A stretch of 64,000 nucleotides of DNA from Burkholderiales bacterium (GCA_014860445.1 JACZJT010000032.1:74268-138267); one strand, 5' to 3'. Shown: positions 40,601 to 49,374, numbered from the stretch's first letter. A program made the numbers and translations. The notes: generated by a model from the sequence alone, not told the origin.

Positions 40601-41833
40601 GCAGGACGTCGACAGGGCGCTGGTATTGGTGATCTGGTTGCTGCCCAGCACGGCTGCGCCCACGCTAGCGGTGCAACTCGCGCTGGCGGCGGCGTCTACC
40701 GCGCCGATCACATAGGTATCGTTGCTGTAGGTGGTGGTGGTGGTGGTCAGGTTGGGCGCGGTGCCCGTGGTGACCACGCTCTGCGACGGCAGGCTCATGC
40801 CGCCGTGGTCGCCTGCGGCCGCCGCCGCGCTGGTGTAGCAGCTCGTGGTGACGCTGGTGTTGGTCGGCGCGGTGATCACCGCCGGCGCGGTGGTGGAGCC
40901 GCTGCTGGTGATGGTGTTGCCGGTTACCGAATAGCGCTGCGTCCCGCCGGCGCAGGTGTCCCGGTTGGTGGTGGTGAGGCTGTTGCTGCAGCTCAGGGTG
41001 TCGTAGCTGCCCGCCTGCGCGGAGTAGTCGCTGGTGCTGCAGGCGGCCAGGCTGGCATAGCACTGCGAGGTATAGCCGAGGTTGGTGGATGTGGTCGTGG
41101 TTCCCGTGGTGAATGCGGGGACCTTGATCTGCGGGCTGACGCTGCAGCTCAGCGGTGCACTGGTGAGCGCGGTGCTGTTGGCCGCGGTGTCGGCGGCCGG
41201 ACCGTTGTTGTTCGGGTTGCCGATGAAGATGATGAAATTGCGCCCGCAGGAATTGGCGTCCGAAAGCGGGGACTTGAAGGTGGTGTAGTTGGTGGTGTAG
41301 CCGTCGGAATCGGCCTTGCTTGCGACGACCGCCGAGGGCGAAACCGAATTGCCGCCGCTGAAGTAATTGTAGGCGTCGCGCATCAGGTTGCCGTACTCGG
41401 TGTTGGCATTACGTTTTTCGTCGGGATCGCCGATATTGTTGTAAATGGCTGTCAATTCGGTGCTGAAGGCGGTCTTGTTGGCATCGGTCATGGGCTTGAT
41501 CGCGCGGCGGATGTAGCCGCCGGTGTCGTTGGCATTGCCGCCGGTGACGAACTCCATCAGACCCATATTCACGTCGGAGCCGATTGCGCCGAGCACGGTG
41601 TTGATCGCGCGCGCCTCCGATTGGCCTTGCGCAAGCCCGCCCGGCCATTGCTGGCTTTGCCTGGACCAGTTGGAGGTGTTGTCCAGAATGATCAGGATTT
41701 TCGGGTCGGCGCCCGAGCCGCCGCCGGCGCCGGTGAATATGTCGATATCTTCCGCCGCAGTTTGCGTCGGGGCCAATGCGCTCGCGGCGCACAACAGCAG
41801 CGCCGGCAGTGCATATTTTTTCGTGTGTTTCAT
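37682..41833 (-). CDS. pilY1: Type IV pilus tip-associated adhesin / biogenesis factor PilY1 (vWA-like N-domain with large insertion, C-terminal beta-propeller)
   Basis: 1383 aa. Signal peptide, vWA-like start KILIILDNTSNWS, vWA end ...YTIDVFNAQ...GGGKYFAATNEAAIVNALKSI, and a PilY1 C-domain with the Ca-binding-type loop DINNDGLVDYAYVADVGGNIYRIDF. Confidence 0.93.
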   Translation of the reverse strand: MKHTKKYALPALLLCAASALAPTQTAAEDIDIFTGAGGGSGADPKILIILDNTSNWSRQSQQWPGGLAQGQSEARAINTVLGAIGSDVNMGLMEFVTGGNANDTGGYIRRAIKPMTDANKTAFSTELTAIYNNIGDPDEKRNANTEYGNLMRDAYNYFSGGNSVSPSAVVASKADSDGYTTNYTTFKSPLSDANSCGRNFIIFIGNPNNNGPAADTAANSTALTSAPLSCSVSPQIKVPAFTTGTTTTSTNLGYTSQCYASLAACSTSDYSAQAGSYDTLSCSNSLTTTNRDTCAGGTQRYSVTGNTITSSGSTTAPAVITAPTNTSVTTSCYTSAAAAAGDHGGMSLPSQSVVTTGTAPNLTTTTTTYSNDTYVIGAVDAAASASCTASVGAAVLGSNQITNTSALSTSCYTGTNTGSNKWNNSTDYGTLTCPATTVVTSGNDTTTTTYTCSYSGVISADTTGCSGSQKHVTVTQAATGSPSTVTTAPRYKYAVTQTVTASAVAVTTTGSVSTPTLLGDTTQCYANTTSIPEFSATCSGYNGGCTYGTPSASAGLCASGARYSVFGNSTGTTVTPTGSFITPSTAANADEWASCLHKAKSINPASSPADTIKQTITTYTIDVFNAQQNAEETQLYMSMARVGGGKYFAATNEAAIVNALKSILNEIQSVNTTFASASLPVNATNRTQNANQVFIGMFRPDPDANPRWFGNLKQYAIGKVGGDLDLVDKNGAAATNALTGFIDDCAASFWTTDSSNYWSNIVVNPDPASTCTSAVASNTVYSDLPDGPTVEKGAVAEILRRGNTPGGATTQTTANRTMLTLSGSSLVDFNTTNVPSGTLAANIVDFTLGKDVNNATGLYDATTNPTQTRPSIHGDVVHSRPLPVNYGGTAGVTVYYGANDGTLRAVDASNGKERWAFVAPTHFPKLQRLKDNTPPVDYKLGTVGATAKDYFFDGSIGIYQAAAGGTNPPVWIYPTQRRGGRMIYAFDVSDPTASPTLKWKHGCDSAGVCDTGFSQMGQTWSTPNVAFINGYSPDKTTNPVVVMGGGYDSCEDDDNLITTQCASTKGNVVYFMDANIGTLIASFATTRAVAADVNMIDINNDGLVDYAYVADVGGNIYRIDFVMSPTTLTPRYPSSGNLWSMHKVAYTNSIGQGRKFLFGPGLFPSGTSNFLAIVSGDREHPLISNYPYTVLPYPNRAYVFKDDLTSTSATAATDLDLDPDMLDVTNTNTSTCTSTNLLTDSSKKGWYMYLNQYGQGEQGVTSAVIVGGMVTFSTNRPLSSALSCNTRLGEARGYFVNLFNGSGSIGTANNASCGGSRSVTFAGGGLPPSPVIGIVPIDGQPTAVLIGAPPRDGGGASPIKPTKINPPIAQVRTRTYKYIKGDN
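40730..40747 (-). repeat. (ACC)6 trinucleotide tract inside pilY1
   Basis: The plus strand reads ggt x6. It encodes TTTTTT (aa 363-368) in the Thr-rich insertion. Confidence 0.9.
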
Positions 41834-41885
41834 GGCATTGCTCCCACAAGAATTCTGGCCTTGATCCCGGTTCGACGGGCCGCTG

Positions 41886-42419
41886 TCAGCACGGTACCAA
41901 GCTGCACACGGTATCGGCCGGTACTTGTACCGATACGCCCTGGTGTAGTTCCACGGAAGTACTGGTGGACGCCTCCGTGGCGGCGACCTTGAGGTCGTAC
42001 AGCGTCAACGCGCATAGCGAATTCCCGGTGGCCGCACCGACGATGCCGAAAGCCTGTGCCGCCCCCAGGGTGCAGCCGAGCTGACCCGAGGCGGCGGTCA
42101 GGTTCAAGGCGCTGTTCTTCAGCACATGCGCTTGCAGCAGCGTGGGCGTGATGTTGACGGTGACATCAGAAGTTCCGTCGGCATTGATATCCACGCTGGT
42201 GGTCGAGGCTACGCTGACGCTGGTCGGCACGCTGATCGCCGCCTCCACGGCTTCTTCCGCGGCGCGCACGGTTTCATTGCGAAACTGCATATTGCCCACG
42301 ATCTGCAGATTGCTCTTGCCCAGCCTGAACGTGGTGGTCGCCATCAAGGTCAGCAGCACCAGCATGATCAGTCCGATGAGCAGGGTTGCGCCTTGCTGGC
42401 GCCGCAGCGGAGTTCTCAT
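41886..42419 (-). CDS. pilX: Type IV pilus minor pilin / assembly protein PilX
   Basis: 177 aa. PilX_N-type hydrophobic N-terminus RRQQGATLLIGLIMLVLLTLM. ATGA overlap with the pilW stop. Confidence 0.8.
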   Translation of the reverse strand: MRTPLRRQQGATLLIGLIMLVLLTLMATTTFRLGKSNLQIVGNMQFRNETVRAAEEAVEAAISVPTSVSVASTTSVDINADGTSDVTVNITPTLLQAHVLKNSALNLTAASGQLGCTLGAAQAFGIVGAATGNSLCALTLYDLKVAATEASTSTSVELHQGVSVQVPADTVCSLVPC

Positions 42420-43576
42420 GGCAGGCGCCGTCCGGAGGGGTTATCGAGCCGCACCGTAGCGTTGTATGCGTGCCGCTTGTATCCGTCGGCATAGGTGCCG
42501 CTGGAAGGAAAAAGATTGCTGGTCCCGTCGGCTTTCCTGCCCAGGGTATAGACCTTGCTGTCGGTGTGCCCCGCCGATTTTTCTACGTTGCGCGCCAGCA
42601 GGTTGACTTTGACCGCGTAGGCGCGAAGCCAGCATTTCGGGGCATTCAAGGTGTTGGCGGTCGCAAAGCCGCAGTTGGCCAGGCTGGGATCGGCGCTGTA
42701 GCCATCGACCACGGCATCGTCATTCGCGTCGACGCCGTATTCGAACTGGAGGGTCTCGATGCCCTCGACCAGCGGCACGATGGTGAAGCCGCTGCCGCCC
42801 AGTTCGGCGCGCTTGAGCGTGGGGATGCCGTCCCCGGCTTCGTTGTTGTTGGCGACAAAGTAGATGCGCGTCAGGTAGCGGCGGTACTCCGCGACCGCCG
42901 TGCAGTCGAGGGCGTGTTTGGTTGCCAGCGATGTGTCGGTATTGAGGACGAAGTGCGCCTGGTAGTCCTTGGCCGAGGCCGCGCCGCCGGAATTTTTCGC
43001 GAGCTCGGTGGATTGGTAGCAGTTCGAGGACTGAAAGTAGGGTGCCCCAGCAGGCAGCGCATCGCAGCCTGCTTCGAGGGGGGAGGCCGTGCAGGTGGCG
43101 ACCCGACGAATCACCAGGATGTCGGAACCCGCGCGCGCGTCGCTTACGCAGGAGGGCGTGGTGGCGGTGTTGTCGATGCCTTGTATATGGAAGAAAAACG
43201 ACCTGTTCAAGTCTGCCGGGTCGGTCGCGCAGGCGTCGGGCATGGTGGTGATGGCGGCGGTGACCGGGCTGGTGTCGGCGCCCAGGGGCGGGCTTTCCGG
43301 TGAGATGATCAGTTCATAGGGATTGAACGCCGCAAAGAAGCCCGCCATGCGCAGATCCTCGGTCAGCAGGGCCATGGCGTAGCGGCCGCTTTCGAGTTGG
43401 CGGTGGCTGCGCTCTATTTCCGTGCGTGCCAGGCTGTTTTTCACAAAAACCGCGGTGAGCCCGGACAGGATCATCAGGCCCAGGGTGATCGCGATCATCA
43501 GTTCGATGAGCGAGAAGCCGCCCTGGGATTTACCTTGGCGGTTTCTGTGCAGGAGAGGTTTCATCATATGAGTCAT
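42416..43576 (-). CDS. pilW: Type IV pilus minor pilin PilW
   Basis: Prepilin-type N-terminus ...QGGFSLIELMIAITLGLMIL. Start is ATG at 43576, 43567 or 43564, all inside track ORF 42416..43648. Confidence 0.88.
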   Translation of the reverse strand: MTHMMKPLLHRNRQGKSQGGFSLIELMIAITLGLMILSGLTAVFVKNSLARTEIERSHRQLESGRYAMALLTEDLRMAGFFAAFNPYELIISPESPPLGADTSPVTAAITTMPDACATDPADLNRSFFFHIQGIDNTATTPSCVSDARAGSDILVIRRVATCTASPLEAGCDALPAGAPYFQSSNCYQSTELAKNSGGAASAKDYQAHFVLNTDTSLATKHALDCTAVAEYRRYLTRIYFVANNNEAGDGIPTLKRAELGGSGFTIVPLVEGIETLQFEYGVDANDDAVVDGYSADPSLANCGFATANTLNAPKCWLRAYAVKVNLLARNVEKSAGHTDSKVYTLGRKADGTSNLFPSSGTYADGYKRHAYNATVRLDNPSGRRLP

Positions 43577-43586
43577 CCGGCTGGGA

Positions 43587-44177
43587 TTACTGGCAACTGG
43601 GCAAACCGATGGCGACGCGCGCCGATATGGCGCGGCGCATGCGCTCATCGCTGCCGTACGTTCCCGTGCCGCAGCTCGCGCTTGGGGTGCTGGTCGGCGT
43701 CAAACCCTGCCACGCGACGGTGACCAGATAAATACCGGGCGTGCACACGCCAAGTGCCGCGTTCTCCGCCTGTGCCACCGAGATGCACCCGAGCGCGCCT
43801 ACCATCGCGCCGACTTTGGTGCTGCCGCTGGTCTCGGCCGCCCCCTTGAGCTTGTTGCTCCATTCGCACTTGTCGCGCGCGACCCCCGCGGCAACGCCGG
43901 AGCAGTCCGCGGGCTGCGCATCTCCCGTCCCCATCGTCGCGGGGGAGCTTGCGTAAGTGGCGGCAGCGCCGCGGTTGGCATTGATGCGTTCCACCATGTC
44001 GTTCATGAGCAGCACGGCCTGGGCGCGTTGATAGGATTCCATCTCCGCACTGAATATCTTGCTCTGCAGGCCGGCCAGACCGAGCATGCCGAACGCCAGA
44101 ATGACGATGGTGACCAGCACTTCGAGCATGGTCGTTCCCCGCTCGTGCGTATCGCAGGTCAGGTGCCGGGCTAACAT
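43587..44177 (-). CDS. pilV: Type IV pilus minor pilin PilV
   Basis: Internal ATG at 44177 (MLARHLTCDTHERGTTMLEVLVTIVILAFG...) of track ORF 43587..44648, 196 aa. Overlaps the upstream gene's end by 7 nt. Confidence 0.88.
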   Translation of the reverse strand: MLARHLTCDTHERGTTMLEVLVTIVILAFGMLGLAGLQSKIFSAEMESYQRAQAVLLMNDMVERINANRGAAATYASSPATMGTGDAQPADCSGVAAGVARDKCEWSNKLKGAAETSGSTKVGAMVGALGCISVAQAENAALGVCTPGIYLVTVAWQGLTPTSTPSASCGTGTYGSDERMRRAISARVAIGLPSCQ

Positions 44178-44659
44178 GCCGCAGCCTTTGTGTAGGGGCG
44201 CCCGCTCAAATCGACGGTCACGCAGCGATGATCGGAACTGCCCGAGGCGCTGATGTCGAACTCGGGCGCCGTGTTGCCCTGTATGCGGCCGGAACTGCGG
44301 TAGGTCACGCTGCTGGGCCCGGTGGCCGTCAGGCCGTCGAAGGCCGAGTGAACTTCGATGCTCCTGCTGGCGTCGTCGGGATCCACGATTTTCCAGCCGC
44401 TTTTCCAGGTGTCTGCGACGACGGGCGATATGGTTACATTCTTGTTGCGCTTGACCGCCTCGCTTCTTGCCGTGGTCAGGGACGCGCTGACGTCGGTCGC
44501 CATGGACTTGATGCGCTGACTCTTGATGAGATCGCTGAATGCCGGCGCCCCCAGGGCGGACAGAATGCCGATGACGGCGACCACGATCAGGATTTCCGTC
44601 AGCGTGAACCCCCGATGACCCGGTGTCCGCGCTTCGAATTGTCCGCACCAGGATTTCAT
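44171..44659 (-). CDS. GspH/FimT/FimU-family type IV minor pilin
   Basis: 162 aa. Prepilin N-terminus HRGFTLTEILIVVAVIGIL and a GspH-like body. Confidence 0.85.
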   Translation of the reverse strand: MKSWCGQFEARTPGHRGFTLTEILIVVAVIGILSALGAPAFSDLIKSQRIKSMATDVSASLTTARSEAVKRNKNVTISPVVADTWKSGWKIVDPDDASRSIEVHSAFDGLTATGPSSVTYRSSGRIQGNTAPEFDISASGSSDHRCVTVDLSGRPYTKAAAC

Positions 44660-44668
44660 TCGAACCCG

Positions 44669-45085
44669 CTACCAGACGGTTGCAGGCAGTCTGGTGCCGG
44701 CCTGATCGATGCTCAGCGCCGGCTCGTTATTCGTTGCCTGGCTACCCTGCGGCGTAGCCGTAATCAAAAATGTGGCAGGGGGTCCTGCGGTGGTGACGAC
44801 TACGGGCGTGCCGTAATAGGGAGACACCTCGCTCGGAACTGCTGCGGCCGCGGTAGCCGTGCCGAAGAGCAGGTCCAGGCCGCTGGCATAGGCGCGGTTG
44901 TCCAGGAAGTACTGCTGTTGCCGCTGGGCAGCATCCATGAGGAAGGCCTGGGCGCTGGCGCGATGTCCCTTGAGGACGTAATTCTTGTACGACGGATACG
45001 CGATCCCTGCAAGTATGGCGACGATGGCCACGACGACCATCAATTCGATCAAGGTAAAGCCACGGTTGCGACGTTTGGGATTCAT
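44669..45085 (-). CDS. pilE: Type IV pilin PilE-like (minor pilin)
   Basis: 138 aa. [28 protein letters not shown] resembles P. aeruginosa PilE. AGGTGA SD 5 nt upstream of the ATG. Confidence 0.9.
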   Translation of the reverse strand: MNPKRRNRGFTLIELMVVVAIVAILAGIAYPSYKNYVLKGHRASAQAFLMDAAQRQQQYFLDNRAYASGLDLLFGTATAAAAVPSEVSPYYGTPVVVTTAGPPATFLITATPQGSQATNNEPALSIDQAGTRLPATVW

Positions 45086-45414
45086 GATTCACCTTTCTAT
45101 CTGTTTGACTGCGGGTTTGCCGGTTAGCATCGTTATTCTATTGCCAAACGCCCGCAAGCAAAGCACGACCTCGTTGTCGAACCTATCCTAGTGCCGTGCA
45201 GCGCACCCGTCCAAGGATAGTCGATAAGCGGCGACTATCGCGGAACGAGCGGTGCCATATCGACCCGGCGAGCGTGAATATTTCACGGTCAGCCGGCACA
45301 GACATCCGAACTGGAGCTGGAGTTGCGGCGCCGTGACGAAGATCCGGTGGCGGTGGAGCAAGGCGCAGCTGATATAGAATCCGGTGCTGATATCGGGTGA
45401 CGAGGGAGAAAATC

Positions 45415-46305
45415 ATGAGTTCGACCGCAGCGAGGCCCGTTCTGGGCATTATCGGCGGCAGCGGGGTTTACGACATAGACGGGCTCGCGGGCAAGCGCTG
45501 GGAGAAAGTTTCCTCGCCCTTCGGCGAGCCCTCGGACGAGTTACTGTGCGGCGAACTCGACGGCCAGGCCATGGTGTTTCTGCCGCGGCACGGCCGCGGC
45601 CACAGGATTCCGCCGTCGGAGATCAATTTCCGCGCCAACATCGACGCCCTGAAGCGCAAGGGCGTGACCGATGTCATTTCCGTCAGCGCGGTGGGCTCGC
45701 TGCGTGAGCACCTGCATCCGGGCATGTTCGTCATCGTGGACCAGTTCATCGACCGCACGATTGCGCGCAGCAAAAGCTTTTTCGGCACGGGCCTGGTGGC
45801 GCATGTATCCATGGCGCACCCGGTGTGCAGCCGCCTGGGCGATCACCTGGAGGCGGCCATGCGCGAATCCGGCATCGAACTCGCGCGCGGCGGCACCTAC
45901 CTGGTGATGGAGGGGCCGCAGTTCTCCAGTCTTGCCGAGTCGGAGCTGTACCGCAGCTGGAATTGCGATGTCATTGGCATGACCAATATGCCCGAAGCCA
46001 AGCTCGCGCGCGAAGCGGAGATGTGCTACGCCACGGTGGCCATGGTCACCGACTACGATTGCTGGCACCCGAACCACGATGACGTGACGGTGGAGGCGAT
46101 CATCAAGGTGCTGCTCGCCAACGCCGACAAGGCGCGCGGACTGGTGAAGAAGGTCGCGCCACGGATCAAGGCGGACACTTCGGCGCCCGGCTGCGGCTGT
46201 CGCAGCGCGCTCGGCCATGCGCTGATCACCGCGCCCGAGGCGCGCGACGCGGAGATGCTGCGGCGCCTGGATGCCGTTGCAGGTCGCGTATTGAATGCCA
46301 AGTGA
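45415..46305 (+). CDS. mtnP: S-methyl-5'-thioadenosine phosphorylase
   Basis: ATG at 45415 after GGGAGA (the track start at 45397 is GTG), 296 aa. GIIGGSG, FLPRHG and GMTNMPEAKLAREAE motifs. Confidence 0.94.
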   Translation: MSSTAARPVLGIIGGSGVYDIDGLAGKRWEKVSSPFGEPSDELLCGELDGQAMVFLPRHGRGHRIPPSEINFRANIDALKRKGVTDVISVSAVGSLREHLHPGMFVIVDQFIDRTIARSKSFFGTGLVAHVSMAHPVCSRLGDHLEAAMRESGIELARGGTYLVMEGPQFSSLAESELYRSWNCDVIGMTNMPEAKLAREAEMCYATVAMVTDYDCWHPNHDDVTVEAIIKVLLANADKARGLVKKVAPRIKADTSAPGCGCRSALGHALITAPEARDAEMLRRLDAVAGRVLNAK

Positions 46306-46342
46306 TGCAATAGACGAATAGACAAATACACAAGAGGAAGTC

Positions 46343-46870
46343 ATGCCGATCAAATCGCTCATCCGCACCGTGCCGCACTATCCCAAGAAGGGCGTCATGT
46401 TTCGCGACATCACCACCCTGCTCAAGGACCCGGTCGGTTTTCGGATCACCATCAACGAGTTCGTGCACCGTTACACCGGCATCAAGATCGACAAGATCGC
46501 CGGCATCGAATCACGCGGCTTCATCATCGGCGCCGCGCTCGCGTTTCAACTGGGCGTGGGCTTCGTGCCGATACGCAAAAAGGGCAAGCTGCCGGCCGAA
46601 ACCGTGGGGCACGACTATGAGCTGGAATACGGCTCCGATCGCATCGAGCTGCACATCGACGCAATCGCGAAGGGCGAGCGGGTGCTGCTCGTCGACGACC
46701 TCATCGCAACCGGCGGAACGGCCGAAGCCGCGACCAAGCTGATCGAAAAAATGGGCGGCACGGTGGTCGAAGTTTGCGCCGTGATCGATCTCCCCGACCT
46801 GGGCGGCAGCGCGCGCCTGAAGAAGCTGGGGCACAAGGTATTTACCTTGTGCGAGTTCGAAGGCGATTAG
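46343..46870 (+). CDS. apt: Adenine phosphoribosyltransferase
   Basis: 175 aa. PRPP-binding motif [13 protein letters not shown]. Confidence 0.97.
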   Translation: MPIKSLIRTVPHYPKKGVMFRDITTLLKDPVGFRITINEFVHRYTGIKIDKIAGIESRGFIIGAALAFQLGVGFVPIRKKGKLPAETVGHDYELEYGSDRIELHIDAIAKGERVLLVDDLIATGGTAEAATKLIEKMGGTVVEVCAVIDLPDLGGSARLKKLGHKVFTLCEFEGD

Positions 46871-46876
46871 CCTGCA

Positions 46877-46911
46877 GCCCGGAGAATGGCGTCCTTATTG
46901 CTTCTCCGGGC
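46877..46911. terminator. Hairpin between convergent apt and arsM
   Basis: gcccggagaa / ttctccgggc, a perfect 10-bp stem with a 15-nt loop. Confidence 0.5.
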
Positions 46912-46922
46912 TATATCCCTCT

Positions 46923-47750
46923 TCAGCTTTCGGCGCCCGGCTTGCGCGCGCGCACGAAAGCGCTCATGAATTTTCCGTCGACCTGCGGCGCGATCGTGTC
47001 CACGTCGATGCCCTGGCCGGCGAGAAATTGCCGCGCATCTTCCACCTTGTAGATGCGTGTGGGCTCGAGATCGATGTCTTCGAATCCCGCGGCCGCAAGC
47101 TTCGCCTCGTAGTCGGTGTTGCGCAGCGCGCCCGCGATGCAGCCTATCCACAATTCGACGCGCTTGCGGATCGCCGCCGGAATCTCGCCGGTGACGACGA
47201 CGTCGGAAACCGCGAAGCGGCCGCCCGGTTTGAGCACGCGGAAGGCCTCGCGCAACACGCGGTCCTTGTCGGTCGACAGGTTGATCACGCAATTGGAAAT
47301 GATCACGTCGACCGAGTTGTCCGGCAGCGGAATGTTTTCGATCTCGCCTTTCAGAAATTCGACGTTTTCCACCCCGGCCTTGCGCTGGTTGGCACGCGCG
47401 AGCGCGAGCATTTCATCGGTCATGTCCAGGCCGTAGGCTTTGCCCGCCGGGCCGACGCGCCGCGCCGACAGCAACACGTCGATGCCGCCGCCGGATCCGA
47501 GGTCGAGCACGGTCTCCCCGGGATGCAACTGCGCCAGCGCAGTGGGGTTGCCGCAGCCTAGCGACGCCTGCAGGGCCTCATCGGGCACTTCGCCGCCCTG
47601 CTGCGTGCTGTAGAGGTTGGAGGTGATCGGATCGCAGCCTCCGCCGACGGCGGGGCTGCCGCCGCAACACGATGAACCTCCGTCCTGGACGCGCAGCGCC
47701 GCGGCGCCGTATTTCTGTTTCACCACCTCACGAATATTCTGCTCACTCAT
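46923..47750 (-). CDS. arsM: Arsenite S-adenosylmethionine methyltransferase
   Basis: ATG at 47750 preceded by AAGGAG-catgtg, 275 aa. Cys pair region GGSSCCGG...GGCD, SAM motif VLDLGSGGG, and a third Cys in ELWIGCIAG. Confidence 0.92.
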   Translation of the reverse strand: MSEQNIREVVKQKYGAAALRVQDGGSSCCGGSPAVGGGCDPITSNLYSTQQGGEVPDEALQASLGCGNPTALAQLHPGETVLDLGSGGGIDVLLSARRVGPAGKAYGLDMTDEMLALARANQRKAGVENVEFLKGEIENIPLPDNSVDVIISNCVINLSTDKDRVLREAFRVLKPGGRFAVSDVVVTGEIPAAIRKRVELWIGCIAGALRNTDYEAKLAAAGFEDIDLEPTRIYKVEDARQFLAGQGIDVDTIAPQVDGKFMSAFVRARKPGAES

Positions 47751-47773
47751 CACATGCTCCTTCATCGTTACGA

Positions 47774-48844
47774 TCAAACACCGCGCTCATACCAGCCGCG
47801 CGTGGAATTGACCACCTTGACTACCGCCAGCATCACCGGCACTTCGATCAGCACGCCGACCACCGTGGCCAGCGCCGCTCCGGAATCAAAACCGAACAGG
47901 CTGATGGCCGCAGCCACGGCCAGCTCGAAAAAATTGGATGCGCCGATCAGCGCCGAGGGGCAGGCGACGTTGTGTTTTTCGCCCACGGCGCGGTTCAGGC
48001 CGTAAGCCAGCGCGGAATTGAAAAACACCTGGATCAGGATGGGCAGCGCGAGCATGGCAATGATCAAGGGCTGCCGCAGTATGGCCTCGCCCTGGAACGC
48101 GAACAGCAGCACCAGCGTGAGCAGCAGCGCGCCGACGGAGTAGGGGCCGATCGTGGCGAGCGCACGCTGAAATTGCGCCTCGCCTTTGGCGAGCAGCCAC
48201 TTGCGCCAGAGCTGGGCGAGGATGACCGGAACCACGATGTACAGCACCACCGAGGTGAAGAGCGTGTCCCAGGGCACGCTGATCGACGCGATGCCGAGCA
48301 GCAGGGCGACGATGGGCGCGAACGCGAAAATCATGATGGCGTCGTTCAATGCCACCTGCGACAGCGTGAAGTAGGGATCGCCGTCGGAGAGCCGGCTCCA
48401 GACGAACACCATCGCGGTGCAGGGTGCGGCCGCAAGCAGGATCAGGCCTGCGATGTAGCTGTCGATCTGCTCCGCGGGCAGCCAGGGCGCGAACACATGG
48501 CGTATGAATATCCATCCCAGCAGCGCCATTGAGAAGGGCTTCACCGCCCAGTTGACGAACAGCGTCACGCCTATGCCGCGCCAGTGATCCTTCACCTTGT
48601 GCAGGGCGCCGAAGTCGATGCGCACCAGCATCGGAATGATCATCACCCAGATGAGCAGGCCGACCGGCAGGTTCACGCGCGCGAATTCCATGCGGCCGAT
48701 CGCCTGGAACACGCCGGGCAGCGCCTGGCCCGATGCGACACCGGTTACGATGCACAGGAACACCCACAGCGTCAGGTAGCGCTCGAACACGCTCATCGAA
48801 GCGCTGCCGGTTTTCGCTGTCGGGGTCTGCACCTGTTCGCTCAT
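47774..48844 (-). CDS. acr3: ACR3-family arsenite efflux transporter
   Basis: 356 aa. Conserved ...LILLAAAPCTAMVFVW... with the ACR3 Cys. Confidence 0.96.
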   Translation of the reverse strand: MSEQVQTPTAKTGSASMSVFERYLTLWVFLCIVTGVASGQALPGVFQAIGRMEFARVNLPVGLLIWVMIIPMLVRIDFGALHKVKDHWRGIGVTLFVNWAVKPFSMALLGWIFIRHVFAPWLPAEQIDSYIAGLILLAAAPCTAMVFVWSRLSDGDPYFTLSQVALNDAIMIFAFAPIVALLLGIASISVPWDTLFTSVVLYIVVPVILAQLWRKWLLAKGEAQFQRALATIGPYSVGALLLTLVLLFAFQGEAILRQPLIIAMLALPILIQVFFNSALAYGLNRAVGEKHNVACPSALIGASNFFELAVAAAISLFGFDSGAALATVVGVLIEVPVMLAVVKVVNSTRGWYERGV

Positions 48845-48847
48845 GGC

Positions 48848-49357
48848 CTATTCGCCTGTTTCACGCAGACGGCCGATGCGATCGAGCTCGGACTTGATCG
48901 CGATCGCATCGAGTTTCGCCAGCGGCAGGCTGGCGAACAGGGAAATGCGCCGTTGCAACAGGATGAATGCTTGGGCGAAGGCTTTGTGCATCGCATCTTC
49001 GCCGCCCGCGACCGCGGCCGGGTCTGCAACACCCCAATGCGCGGTGACCGGCGCGCCCGGCCAGAGCGGGCATAGCTCGCCGGCGGCGTTGTCGCATACC
49101 GTAAAAACGAAGTCGAGCTGCGGCGCGCCGGCCGCGGCGAATTCGTCCCAGCTCTTGCTTCTGAGGCCGGCGGTGTCGAGGCGCTGCGTTCGCAGCAGTT
49201 CGATCGCGTAAGGGTTCACCTTGCCCGCTGGGTGGCTGCCGGCGCTGAAGGCGCGAAATCGGCCCCTGCCTGACTCGTTCAGGATGGCCTCGGCGAGTAT
49301 GCTGCGGGCGGAATTGCCGGTGCAGAGGAACAGAACGTTGAGCGGGCTTGTCCTCAT
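48848..49357 (-). CDS. arsC: Arsenate reductase, LMW-PTPase / thioredoxin-coupled type
   Basis: 169 aa. P-loop LCTGNSARS and downstream Cys pair VCDNAAGELCP. Confidence 0.94.
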   Translation of the reverse strand: MRTSPLNVLFLCTGNSARSILAEAILNESGRGRFRAFSAGSHPAGKVNPYAIELLRTQRLDTAGLRSKSWDEFAAAGAPQLDFVFTVCDNAAGELCPLWPGAPVTAHWGVADPAAVAGGEDAMHKAFAQAFILLQRRISLFASLPLAKLDAIAIKSELDRIGRLRETGE

Positions 49358-49374
49358 TCAGTACTCCGGCGGGA

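Noticed and set aside
39200-41992. 930-aa plus-strand ORF, the second-largest ORF in the track after pilY1
   Set aside because: It lies entirely antisense to pilY1. Its product is Gly/Arg/Ala-rich low-complexity sequence with no motifs. This is the typical stop-codon-poor antisense frame of a GC-rich gene, whereas pilY1 on the other strand has clear domain signatures.
44985-45191. 68-aa plus-strand ORF whose tail ([25 protein letters not shown]...) looks like a small hydrophobic peptide
   Set aside because: Its first half is antisense to pilE, there is no SD, and the internal ATG is simply the reverse complement context of the pilE start region.
45086-45200. Sigma54 (-24/-12) promoter upstream of pilE, as found for many pilin genes
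   Set aside because: TGGCA is present (minus strand ttggcaatagaataacgatgc), but no GC dinucleotide sits at the required 10-nt spacing. A sigma70-like TTGCTT-N15-TAGAAT is a more plausible, though still unverified, promoter.
45255-45270. Possible direct repeat of the tRNA-Thr 3' end (tcgacccggcg versus ttcgactcctctacccggca) marking the far border of a pil island
   Set aside because: Only a 7-mer (acccggc) plus a 5-mer match, with a gap. This is well within chance for GC-rich DNA, and no integrase or other mobility gene is present.
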